A stretch of DNA of 57,479 nt from Promethearchaeota archaeon (lineage in GTDB: Archaea > Asgardarchaeota > Lokiarchaeia > Sigyniarchaeales > SOKP01): the NCBI GenBank assembly GCA_048939995.1, contig JBHLOY010000014.1, forward strand, positions 1 to 57,479, written 5' to 3'. A program made the translations under genes and the position numbers. Position 1 is the first letter of the stretch. Each line of letters begins with the position of its first letter. Below the pieces are notes generated by a model. That model had not been told where the DNA came from and ran no database searches. It saw only the letters and a program-made list of their open reading frames with translations. Below, one piece after another: positions 1 through 9,694 of the stretch.

Positions 1-1
1 A

Positions 2-2299
2 AATTATAAAATATCCAAAGATGATAAGGAACGATTCTTAGAAAAATGTAGGGAATGGGTAGAAAATAATATTAAAAAAATGACAACACAATTAGATGAT
101 TTAGGTTATTCCACTGATTGGGATTATACTTATAGAACAATGAATAAAGATTATTTAAAGAAAGTTCAGATATCTCTTTTAGATTTCTATAATAAAGGTT
201 TACTTTACAGAGAAAAATTTCCAACTCATTTTTGCGTAAATTGTGAGACTTCAGTAGCAAAAGCAGAAGTAGGGTATGAAGAAGAAAGCGGGAAACTATG
301 GTATATAAAGCTACCCTTAGTTGGGAGAAAAGATGAATATATCACCATAGCGACTACAAGACCAGAGTATATGGAAGCTTGTGTAGCGGTTCTCATTAAT
401 CCTAGGGACGATCGATATTATAATCTCTCCGCAGCAAAAGTTAAAATTCCTTTCACCTCTCGTACAGTGAATATTTTTATGGATGAAAATGTTGATATGA
501 GTTTTGGAACGGGAATTGTCTATGTATGCACCTATGGAGATGAGATGGATATTAAATGGAAGATTAACTACAATCTAGATGAGATCCAAATTTTTACTGA
601 AGATGGGCACATGAATGAAAATTCTAAATATAAGGGGCTAACTATTACGGAAGCACGAGAGAAAATAGCAGAGGATCTTGAAAAGGCGGGTTTAATCGAA
701 AAAATAGAGGATTATGAACATAGTATAATAATTCATTCTGAAAGATCCTCTTGTCGAAAACCAATAGAATATTTACCCGTATTTCAATGGTTTATCAATG
801 TAAAAGATTTCACAAATGAGATTATTGAATCGGCGGAAAGGATGAATTGGTATCCAGAGAAGCAAAAACAAAGACTTATAGACTGGGCTACAGGACTAGA
901 CTGGAATTGGGTAATCTCTCGACAGCGATTGTTTGGAACGCCAATTCCCTTTTGGTATTGCCAAGAGTGTAATGCTGTTATTCCACCAAAAAGAGAGGAT
1001 TTACCGTTAGATCCTACGAAATCCTCACCTCCAGTAAAGAAATGTCCAAAATGTAATAGTAGTATAATAATTGGTGAAAAAGATGTCTGTGATTGTTGGA
1101 TTGATTCGAGTATTTCACCGTTGGAAATATCTAAATGGTTAGAAGATAAAGATTTTTATGAAAAATCCTATATTAATGCAAAAGTTCACCGCTCTCAAGG
1201 TTATGAAATTATTCGAACCTGGTTATTTTATACATTATTTAGATGTAGAGTTTTAACTGGAAAATCACCTTTTTACGAGGCTATGATCAATGGAATGGTT
1301 GCTGGACCAGATGGAAGACATATGTCAAAGAGTCTGGGGAATTACATTTCACCCGAAGATGTAATGCCGGAATTTGGAACTGATGCAATTAGATATTGGG
1401 CAGCAATGGGTTCCTTAGGTGAAGATTATCCTTTTGAGTTTACTTGGTTAGAGCTCCAAACGAAACAACCAATCTCAAATGATATTATATTAAAAGATAT
1501 TAAAAAGCTTCCTACAGATAAATTTCAAAAAAAATATCGGAGAAAGTATGAACAATTAATTGGAGCTTCAAGGTTTATTACCAAAATCTGGAATGCATAT
1601 AGATTTTTATATTTAAACTTGGATCAAATTGAAATTAATGATCTAGAGTTTAAAATTGAAGAATTAAAAGCAATTGATTGTTATTATTTTTCTGAATTCA
1701 ATAAATATTCAAAAGCCATTGATAAGTACTTAGAGGGATACAATTGGCATGAAGCAATGATGGTTTTCCGAACATTCTTCTGGAATGATATTTGCGATAA
1801 CTATATAGAAGCTATAAAACACAGATTTTATTCAAAAGCCAAAAAGGAGAAAAAACGCGCTCTTAAAATCGCCTTAAACTTGTTTTACAAACTTTTACTT
1901 ATAAATTCTATTATTATGCCTTTTATTACCGAAGAAATTTACTCAATACTTTATAAGCCGTTTATAAATTTGCAATCTATCCATTTAGATAAATGGCCAG
2001 CCTGTTATGAAAATATTTCAAAAGAGTTGGTAACTCAAGGTAAAAACACAGTGGATATTATAAAAACTATCAGAAATATGAAATCAAATCTTCAAATTCC
2101 ATTAAGTCAAGAGGTCAAAGAAGTGATTATTATTACAAATGAAAAGATTTTAAAAAATACAGAAGAAGATGTTAAAAGTACACTAAGGATTAAAAATATT
2201 CAAATAGTTGAAAGTGATAAAGAAATTAACATTAAAGATACACCAGATCTAAAGGAAATGATTGAAGATTTAAATATGAAAATTTACTTTTTCAAATAA
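2..2299 (+). CDS. valS: Valyl-tRNA synthetase (5'-truncated by window edge)
   Basis: Frame is open from base 2. Motifs ATTRPE (editing domain), DWNWVISRQRLFGTPIP and GRHMSKSLGN (KMSKS variant), plus anticodon-binding helix bundle (KIWNAYRF, FWNDICDNYIE). Confidence 0.95.
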   Translation, partial: NYKISKDDKERFLEKCREWVENNIKKMTTQLDDLGYSTDWDYTYRTMNKDYLKKVQISLLDFYNKGLLYREKFPTHFCVNCETSVAKAEVGYEEESGKLWYIKLPLVGRKDEYITIATTRPEYMEACVAVLINPRDDRYYNLSAAKVKIPFTSRTVNIFMDENVDMSFGTGIVYVCTYGDEMDIKWKINYNLDEIQIFTEDGHMNENSKYKGLTITEAREKIAEDLEKAGLIEKIEDYEHSIIIHSERSSCRKPIEYLPVFQWFINVKDFTNEIIESAERMNWYPEKQKQRLIDWATGLDWNWVISRQRLFGTPIPFWYCQECNAVIPPKREDLPLDPTKSSPPVKKCPKCNSSIIIGEKDVCDCWIDSSISPLEISKWLEDKDFYEKSYINAKVHRSQGYEIIRTWLFYTLFRCRVLTGKSPFYEAMINGMVAGPDGRHMSKSLGNYISPEDVMPEFGTDAIRYWAAMGSLGEDYPFEFTWLELQTKQPISNDIILKDIKKLPTDKFQKKYRRKYEQLIGASRFITKIWNAYRFLYLNLDQIEINDLEFKIEELKAIDCYYFSEFNKYSKAIDKYLEGYNWHEAMMVFRTFFWNDICDNYIEAIKHRFYSKAKKEKKRALKIALNLFYKLLLINSIIMPFITEEIYSILYKPFINLQSIHLDKWPACYENISKELVTQGKNTVDIIKTIRNMKSNLQIPLSQEVKEVIIITNEKILKNTEEDVKSTLRIKNIQIVESDKEINIKDTPDLKEMIEDLNMKIYFFK

Positions 2300-2303
2300 A
2301 TCT

Positions 2304-3036
2304 ATGGGGAAAAAAAACACTTGTTGTAATTATTCCAGCATATAATGAAGAACTAACTATTTCTAAAGTCATTAAAAATGTACCATTATTTTCAGACCTT
2401 GATGAAGAAATAATAGTTACTGATGATGGAAATCAAGATTTTACTGCTGATATGGCTAAAAAAGCAGGAGCGATCATTATTCCCAATAAGATAAATTTGG
2501 GTTTGGGAAAATCATTTAGGGTTGGTTTAGAATATTGGCTAAAAAATAAAGCAGATATTATCGTTATTCTGGATGCTGATGGACAATACAATTCTAAAGA
2601 AATAAAACGATTAATTTGCCCTATATTAAGTAATAAAGCAGATTTAATGATGGGAAATCGTTTTATAAGCAGCAATACAACATATCAAGGGAATTCCATA
2701 AGAAAAATAGGGAATATAGTTTTGTCAATTTTTGTATCAAAAATGCTCTTAAAGTTAAACAATATATACGATGTACAGTGTTCTTTTAGAGCATTTAACA
2801 GAAAATTGGGGGAAATTTTAAAAAGGCAATTATTAGCTAAATACAATTATGCTCAAGAAATGTTTAGTATATCATGTTCATCTGGATTCACAGTCAAACA
2901 GACCCCAATTGATTGTTATGATAGAATTTCAGGTAAATCAAAATTAATTAAAGTTTCAGTAATCCATGTATTAAGAATTATTTGGATAAGCTTGAGAACC
3001 CTTCTAAAAATGAAAATACTTTCTATTAGAAGATAA
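2304..3036 (+). CDS. Glycosyltransferase family 2 (DPM1/polyprenol-phosphate mannose synthase-like); apparent +1 frameshift in A8 run at 2310-2317
   Basis: The frame of ORF 2452 extends upstream to LVVIIPAYNEE...IIVTDDG (from 2320), and DADGQY is the DxD motif. ATG 2304 is out of frame by one A. Confidence 0.85.
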
Positions 3037-3045
3037 GCTTGAATT

Positions 3046-4080
3046 TTATTCTTGCATATCTTCAAGTCCTAATTGAGAGATCATCGCCCTTTTTAGTTCT
3101 TCTTTATTTTTGGGTAATCCAAACATGTCCGCATATTTGTCAGTGGTTGTTAATTCATGGGTTCTTCCTTTTTTTGTAGCTGAAATAAGCTCATTGTCTA
3201 AAAGATATTTTACATGTTCATATGCTCCACTACCTCGTATTTTTACTACTGTCGACTTTAATATTGGTTGCTTTAATGCAATTATTGTTAAAGTCCTTAA
3301 GTTTGCTTCTGATATAGCGCCTCCTTTCGCAAATTTTGAAACCCTCTCTGTATATTCAGGTCTTAGTTGCATCTGATATTTCTCACCAACTTGTGCTATG
3401 ATAAGAGCACTTGAACGTTCAAGGTATTCAAACGCAAGTTTATTAACTAAATCTTCAGTATCTTGTTTCGAAATTTCTAGTTTAGTAGATAATTCTTCAA
3501 TATCTAATGGCCTTCCTGCAGCATATAGTGCACCTTCAATCAAATTCTGTTGAAAGTTTCTTAATTCAATCTCTAAATCTTTCTGTTCTAATACTTGGGA
3601 TTTGGCTTCATTCTCTAATTGAGATGAAGATGAAAATTTATTTTCATTTAACTGCTCCTTTACTATATTATTTATTAGATTAATTTCTTCTTCATGTAAC
3701 TCCAATTCTTCTTCAATCTCTAAATCTTCCTGTTCTAATACTTGGGATTTAGCTTCTTTCTCCAATTGAGATGAAGATGAAAATTCATTTTCGTTTAACT
3801 GCTCCTTTACTATATTATTTATTAGATTAATTTCTTCTTCATGTAACTCCAATTCTTCTTCAATCTCTAAATCTTCCTGTTCTAATACTTGGGATTTAGC
3901 TTCTTTCTCCAATTGAGATGAAGATGAAAATTCATTTTCCTTTAACTGCTCCTTTACTATATTATTTATTAGATTAATTTCTTCTTCACGTAACTCCTTT
4001 TCTTCTTCATTTTCTTGTATTTCATCATCAATTAATAATTCTTCATCCTCAATCTCGTCCTTTTGGTCAGGCTCTTTTAT
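3046..4080 (-). CDS. scpB: SMC-Scp complex subunit ScpB with acidic, tandemly repeated N-terminal extension; probable ATA start at 4080
   Basis: IEGALYAAGRPL, LRTLTIIALKQPI, KIRG and TTDKYADMFGL are ScpB motifs. Frame is open from TAA at 4101-4099, with SD-like AAGGTG upstream of ATA 4080. Confidence 0.9.
   Translation of the reverse strand: MKEPDQKDEIEDEELLIDDEIQENEEEKELREEEINLINNIVKEQLKENEFSSSSQLEKEAKSQVLEQEDLEIEEELELHEEEINLINNIVKEQLNENEFSSSSQLEKEAKSQVLEQEDLEIEEELELHEEEINLINNIVKEQLNENKFSSSSQLENEAKSQVLEQKDLEIELRNFQQNLIEGALYAAGRPLDIEELSTKLEISKQDTEDLVNKLAFEYLERSSALIIAQVGEKYQMQLRPEYTERVSKFAKGGAISEANLRTLTIIALKQPILKSTVVKIRGSGAYEHVKYLLDNELISATKKGRTHELTTTDKYADMFGLPKNKEELKRAMISQLGLEDMQE
3565..3997. 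repeat. About 2.9 copies of a near-identical 147-bp (49-codon) tandem repeat inside scpB
   Basis: TC(C/T)AATTGAGATGAAGATGAAAA recurs at 3614, 3761 and 3908 (spacing 147). Confidence 0.97.
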
Positions 4081-4107
4081 AAAATAACACCTTTTATTTT
4101 AGTATTT

Positions 4108-5121
4108 TTACTGTTTTAAATTAATTTTGAAATCCTTAAAATCTTCATCTTGAGATAAAATTAGCTTATTACCAGTAGATAAGAACATTAATGCTAAGAA
4201 CATTCTTACAAAGTCAAACATTTTACCAATATCACTTTCTTCTTCATTTTTAACAATTTCAGATATTTCGAAGAAGGTTATCTCTTTATTATCTAATTCG
4301 ACCTTGGCTTTTATTCTATTATACCATGAATCATGCAGTTCTTCGATAGTTTTTTCCTTACCACTAATGTGTTTCAACAATTCTTTTGGTAATTTAGCCT
4401 TTGATTTCATTTGAAGCCTTTGCTGTTTTAATTCTTCTCTTCTCAACCTTTGTCTTCTTAACTTTTCTTTATTTTGCATAGTTTCAATGATGGCTGATCT
4501 CATTGCCTCAAATAGTTCTTCTTTTGTAGAAACAAGTAACTTTGGTTGAATTGGCTGAGGTAACGTTTTTGGAATTGTTCTTGCGTGTTTTTCTCGTAGT
4601 TTTTCAAGTTCTTCTCTTTTTTGTATTTCTTCTTCTTCCTTAATTATACTAGAAATCTTGTAATGATGTAAATATGCTGAATTTTTTAAAGCAATTCCAG
4701 AAATCTTATAATTAATTAATTCCTCATGGAGCATATTGCTAAAAAATTTATCAACGAGAGAAGCTAAATCATAAAAAGCGACATTTGAATCTTTTGCTAA
4801 TTCAAAATCCAGCAGACTTGAAAATGGAGGTTTCTGCCAAAACTTAAGTTCTAATCTTTCTTTCTGTAATAAAGCCGGATCTTCTTCAACACCTGCTATT
4901 AGTTCTTCTTCTAAAACTTCCTTTATCTCAGATTCCTTAGTTCTATCGACAAAATCAGGATGGGAGATGATTTGATTTAACAATTTTATAATATCTATTT
5001 TCTTAGATTTGGAAGGAATCGTGATATTGTTTTGAGAGGCAAACTCTCTTAATTCTTTTACAGTCCAATTCTTGAAATTATTCGTTTCCTTTGATTTATT
5101 ATTCTCTGTAATTAATAGCAC
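4108..5121 (-). CDS. scpA: ScpA-like kleisin with N-terminal HeH/Rho-N-like domain
   Basis: Lies between smc and scpB. SGIALKNSAYLHHYKI resembles the kleisin N-helix and FVRMFLALMFL...LSQDEDFKDF the C-terminal winged helix. N-terminal WTVKELREFA...KSKKIDIIKLL. Confidence 0.8.
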   Translation of the reverse strand: MLLITENNKSKETNNFKNWTVKELREFASQNNITIPSKSKKIDIIKLLNQIISHPDFVDRTKESEIKEVLEEELIAGVEEDPALLQKERLELKFWQKPPFSSLLDFELAKDSNVAFYDLASLVDKFFSNMLHEELINYKISGIALKNSAYLHHYKISSIIKEEEEIQKREELEKLREKHARTIPKTLPQPIQPKLLVSTKEELFEAMRSAIIETMQNKEKLRRQRLRREELKQQRLQMKSKAKLPKELLKHISGKEKTIEELHDSWYNRIKAKVELDNKEITFFEISEIVKNEEESDIGKMFDFVRMFLALMFLSTGNKLILSQDEDFKDFKINLKQ

Positions 5122-5137
5122 CTCATATATTATAAAC

Positions 5138-8100
5138 CTAATTTTCTTCTACATTCGTAGGAATTTCTGAAATATCTAAAAGCCGTTTTGCTTCCTCCTC
5201 CAAGTCAACACTAAATACGTCTGTAATCCCCGATTGTTGCATTGATACCCCATATATTCTGTCCGCATTTACAATATTTTCCTCCCTATGACTTATAACC
5301 AAAAATTGGGCTTGACCCGAAATCTCTTTCAGCAACAGGGAAACCCTGTGAACATTTGGACCATCCAGCTGAGCATCGATCTCATCGAGAACGTAAAAGG
5401 GGCTGGGCATGAACTCTTGTATTGCAAAGATGAACGAGAGCGCGACGAGTGTTTTTTCGCCGCCGCTGAGAATCTCGAGGCTTGAAATTTTTTTGCCCCG
5501 GGGTCGAGCTTCGATGCTGATACCTCCTTCAAAGGGTTTATCAGGTCGGTCGAGGATCATTTTAGCTGAGCCGCCTGGGCTTAATTTTTGGAATAAACGG
5601 CTGAATTCTCTATTAATTTCATGGTAGGCTTTCATGAAGGTTCGAGTTTTTTCGAGTTCAATTTTTTCGATGGCGTCGAGTATAGATTTTCGTTCTCTTT
5701 GGATGGTTTGTCTTCGCATATCGATTTCGTCGAAGCGTTCTTTAACATTATCATATTGTTCTATGGCTTTTAAATTGACGGGTTCAAGGGCCTTTTGTTT
5801 TTTAGAGGCTTCCGAGATATCTGTTTGTAAGCCACTCTCAGAAAGGTCAGGAGTTACTTGGGGTAATGAGCCGTAATCTTTAGATCGTTGATACAAGGTT
5901 TCAATTTGATCTGATGTCATGATTTTTTTTGATTCATAGTTATTTAGTTTAGAATTTTCCATGGAGATGTCGGCTTTTAGGTCATTTAGAATCTTTTGAT
6001 AAGATTTTTGTTTTTTCCATGATTCATCTTTTTGTTGGATGAACGTATCAATTTCTTCTTGTTTTAGTCGCTTTTTCTCATCTTCGGCAGTTAAGCTTTC
6101 TTTTATTTTTTCGATATTTTGTAAAGTTGTATTTATTTGTTCTTCAGTGGTTTTAATATCTTCATTTAAAGAGATGATTTTTTGTTCACGTTCTTTATTT
6201 TTATTTAATTCATTTAATCTTTTTTGAGATTTTTGTAGGTCCTTGTTGAATCTATTTAATTCATTTTGGGTTTTTTTTTGAGCTTCAAGCGCCTCATTTT
6301 TTTCCTTACGTAGAGCATCGATTTGATTCTGAATTCCAGTGACTGTTGTTTCAATTTCTTTTACGTGAGAGTTGAATTCTTCGATGTTGTTTTGGCAGAT
6401 ATTAATATTTTTATCTGCCTCGATATTTTCTTTTGCCAGTTCTTCAATATTATTGATTACCATCATAATGTTTTCTAGTGCTCTAAGTTGATCCAACTTT
6501 TCTTGTAGTTTTTGATTAAGTTCGTCAATCTCTTGTCTAATTGCTTCGATATTTCCCCAATAATTTTCCTTTTCAATTACTAAATTATCAATCTTCTCAT
6601 CTAGATCATCTTGTTCCAAATTTAATTTATTGATTTCTTCTTTTGTCTGATTTATAATTTCTTCCTTCTTTTCGATAGAAATATCCAATTCTTTTACATT
6701 ATTTTCTATCTCCAATATATTTTCAAATAGATTCTGAATACCTTTTAGATCTTGTAACTTTATTTGTAAATCTTCTAGATCTTTTTGTTTAATATCGATT
6801 TCTGATTGAATAGTTGAAATTTTTTCCCAGTACTCATTTCTAAGATTTTTTAATTGCTCAATCTCACTCTTGAAATCGTCTTGTTGTAATTGATTAATTG
6901 AGGCATTTCTCTTCTGAATTTCCTCCTCTGATGTGGTGACAAACTGGTTAATTTCAACTATTCTTTTATTAACTTCTTCAAGTCTTTGGCTAAAATTAGA
7001 TAAATTTTCTGAATCATTCTTCTTTTGAGTATTTAATTCAGTTAATTTCATATCAACTTCATTTAGGTCTTCATTTTGGGAAGTTATATTTTCTGAAATT
7101 TCCTCTAATTGCTTGTATAATTCTTGGCTCTTAGACATAGTTAACTTTCTTAAAGATAAATACACATTCTCTAAGATTTCCATTAAGTCTTGCACAAAAC
7201 TATCGAAAGTAGATGTTGATTGTTGTATTTCTACGTCTGCGGATTCTTTGACCCTATTAATCAATTGATCAAGAGTCGTATCAACATTTTCAGTAAATAG
7301 TGTTAATGTTTGTAGAATTGAATTAAGCATTTGGGACATTTCAGATTTTTCTTCCTCATCTTCGCTTACAGTTTTAATAGATTTCATTATATCAACGATA
7401 TCCAAAACGAATTTCTTGAAATTATCGGCAGAAGATTCTATGGCTTCTGCATTTGATTGTTGAATATTGCTTTTTATTGATTCAACTGAAATATTAATGT
7501 TTTGAGTAAGCATATTTAGAATTTGAAGAATGCCTGTTACATCTTCAGTATTTCTTTCATATTCCTTTTCAGAATTTTCAATTTTTAATAATAAATTATC
7601 TTTTTCAGTAGTTAAGCCATTTATACGACTATTTATATTTTCCTTTTTAGTTTCTAGATTTTTTTGATCGTTTGTTGTCTCATTAAGGTTTTTCTTTAAA
7701 CTGCTTACCTTTAGATCTAAGTCTTTCTTTTCACGTTCTAAGCTTGTTAGTTCTTTTTTAGTTATTTTTAGTTTAGTATTTATATTCTCAATCTTTGCTT
7801 TATTATCAAATATTTCAGTTTCAATGGAACTCTGCTTCATAATCAGAAGCTCTAATTTTTGTTCATTCTTTCTATATGTTGAATCTTCCTGTTTCGCTTT
7901 TTCTTTGAGGTTATTTAGTTCTTTGGTTAGATTTTCTCGATTAGCTATAAGTTCCTTCAAAATTGCCTCAGTTTCTTTTCCTTTGCTTAATTCTTTAATC
8001 CTATTTTCAATGGACTCCTTTCTATTATTTAATTTTTGAATTCTGTCTCTATTCATTTTAATTTCTGTTTTAGTTGAAGATAGTTCAGATTGCAATTCTG

Positions 8101-9586
8101 TTAATTTTGAATTGAGTTGGTATTTTGATTCTTGCAATTCCTTAATTTTTAGTTCTAAATCTTTTTGTTTCTGATTTTCTTTTGTAATATCACTATTTAA
8201 TCCATCTAGTTTATTCCTAAGTTCCATCTCTTCGCTTTTTACTGTCTTTATAGCATCTTCTATGCTTTCAGCTTCACCCTTTAACTTTTCTAGATCTAAT
8301 TCCAATTTCTGTTTCTTTTCCTCATTCTTTTTAATATTTTCTTTAAGCATCTTGATTTGAGCTTTGCTAGAAGATACATTTTGCTTTAAATTCGAGATCT
8401 CAGTATTATGAGAAGCTTTGAGATCTTCTTTTTCATTTATCTTTAAATCAAGTTCTGCTTGTGTTTGCTGTTTTAACTCTATAGATTTTTTGGCTTCTTC
8501 AATTTGGTTTTCAAATTCTAAAATTTGATTATTCTCATTCTCGATAAGTAAATCAAAAGTTTCTGTTTCTTCAAGTTTCATTTGTAGTTTTTCAAGACTT
8601 TTTATTTCTTGAGTTATCTTATCAATGGATTTATGGGCTAAATCTAATGTTGTTTGACTGGCAGACAACTGAGTTTTTAATTGAGTTATATTTTCATTTA
8701 TGATTTCTCGATCTTTTTCTTTTTCAGATATAGTGTTTTGAATATTTTCCATTACTAAGGATTCTTGCTTTAAAACTTCTTCCTGTCTGGTTATTTTCTC
8801 CTCAAGTTCTTCTATAAGCTTATTCGATTCTTCAATTTTTTTTTCTAATTCAGCTTCTTCTTCCTTTAATTTTGATATCTTTAATGCTAATAACTGAGAA
8901 TTATAAAAATTTATTCTCTCATCCAATTCCTTCCAAGCTAATGCATCATTTTTTTCTTTTTCAACTTTTTTAAGTTGTACAGAGACTTCTTTAAAAATTG
9001 CTTCAAATTGGCCTAGATCTCGTTCTGCTTTTTCTAACTCCTTCATGGTAGCATCCTTCATTTCATCATATTTTTGTAATCCAATTAATTCTTCAATGAA
9101 AATTCTACGCTCTTCAGTATTCATATGAGTTAACTCTACGATTTTTCCTTGTAATACAAACTGATTTGATCCATCCGGATCTACATTAGCTGTTGCTAGA
9201 GCGTTGAGAATTTGTTGGCGAGTAGCTCTTTTTCCATTCATTCTATATCCGCCTCCACCACCGCGCTTTATACTTCGAGAAATTTGAAATTCATCTCCAT
9301 CTCCTGGAAAAACCTTCTCGCTATTATCAAAGAATAGAGTTACTTTTGTTCTTTGTGATGGATTTTTACCTCTAGAGCCTGCAAAAATAAGATCCTCTAA
9401 ACTTTTCGCTCTCATTGTTTTTTTACTCAACCTACCTAAAGCAAAACATAAGGCATCAATGATATTAGATTTTCCTGCTCCATTTGGTCCAACAATACAG
9501 GTAAAGCCGCTTGATAGGCGAATAGTGACAGTTCTATCTCCAAAAGACTTAAATCCAGTCATAGAAATTTTTTTAATATAAGTCAA
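5138..9586 (-). CDS. smc: SMC-family ATPase, 1482 aa, with non-canonical hinge region
   Basis: GFKSF, Walker A GPNGAGKSN, Q-loop VLQG, PVNLKA, signature LSGGE, Walker B/D-loop VLDEIDAQLD, H-switch ISH. TTG start after SD AAGGAG. Confidence 0.95.
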   Translation of the reverse strand: MTYIKKISMTGFKSFGDRTVTIRLSSGFTCIVGPNGAGKSNIIDALCFALGRLSKKTMRAKSLEDLIFAGSRGKNPSQRTKVTLFFDNSEKVFPGDGDEFQISRSIKRGGGGGYRMNGKRATRQQILNALATANVDPDGSNQFVLQGKIVELTHMNTEERRIFIEELIGLQKYDEMKDATMKELEKAERDLGQFEAIFKEVSVQLKKVEKEKNDALAWKELDERINFYNSQLLALKISKLKEEEAELEKKIEESNKLIEELEEKITRQEEVLKQESLVMENIQNTISEKEKDREIINENITQLKTQLSASQTTLDLAHKSIDKITQEIKSLEKLQMKLEETETFDLLIENENNQILEFENQIEEAKKSIELKQQTQAELDLKINEKEDLKASHNTEISNLKQNVSSSKAQIKMLKENIKKNEEKKQKLELDLEKLKGEAESIEDAIKTVKSEEMELRNKLDGLNSDITKENQKQKDLELKIKELQESKYQLNSKLTELQSELSSTKTEIKMNRDRIQKLNNRKESIENRIKELSKGKETEAILKELIANRENLTKELNNLKEKAKQEDSTYRKNEQKLELLIMKQSSIETEIFDNKAKIENINTKLKITKKELTSLEREKKDLDLKVSSLKKNLNETTNDQKNLETKKENINSRINGLTTEKDNLLLKIENSEKEYERNTEDVTGILQILNMLTQNINISVESIKSNIQQSNAEAIESSADNFKKFVLDIVDIMKSIKTVSEDEEEKSEMSQMLNSILQTLTLFTENVDTTLDQLINRVKESADVEIQQSTSTFDSFVQDLMEILENVYLSLRKLTMSKSQELYKQLEEISENITSQNEDLNEVDMKLTELNTQKKNDSENLSNFSQRLEEVNKRIVEINQFVTTSEEEIQKRNASINQLQQDDFKSEIEQLKNLRNEYWEKISTIQSEIDIKQKDLEDLQIKLQDLKGIQNLFENILEIENNVKELDISIEKKEEIINQTKEEINKLNLEQDDLDEKIDNLVIEKENYWGNIEAIRQEIDELNQKLQEKLDQLRALENIMMVINNIEELAKENIEADKNINICQNNIEEFNSHVKEIETTVTGIQNQIDALRKEKNEALEAQKKTQNELNRFNKDLQKSQKRLNELNKNKEREQKIISLNEDIKTTEEQINTTLQNIEKIKESLTAEDEKKRLKQEEIDTFIQQKDESWKKQKSYQKILNDLKADISMENSKLNNYESKKIMTSDQIETLYQRSKDYGSLPQVTPDLSESGLQTDISEASKKQKALEPVNLKAIEQYDNVKERFDEIDMRRQTIQRERKSILDAIEKIELEKTRTFMKAYHEINREFSRLFQKLSPGGSAKMILDRPDKPFEGGISIEARPRGKKISSLEILSGGEKTLVALSFIFAIQEFMPSPFYVLDEIDAQLDGPNVHRVSLLLKEISGQAQFLVISHREENIVNADRIYGVSMQQSGITDVFSVDLEEEAKRLLDISEIPTNVEEN

Positions 9587-9694
9587 AGCATAAACTCCTT
9601 TTTACCTTAATTATTAAGATTAATGAATAAACATATCTATATATATATCGTTATTCAAATAGAAAAGATTTTGTTTTATTCAAAGAAAAAGGAA

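Noticed and set aside
3565-3997. Repeat array as a possible CRISPR
   Set aside because: The units are contiguous 147-bp in-frame coding repeats with no unique spacers, and there are no cas genes.
5288-6227. Cluster of short overlapping ORFs inside smc
   Set aside because: These are a by-product of the locally higher GC (fewer stop codons) and have no motifs or SD.
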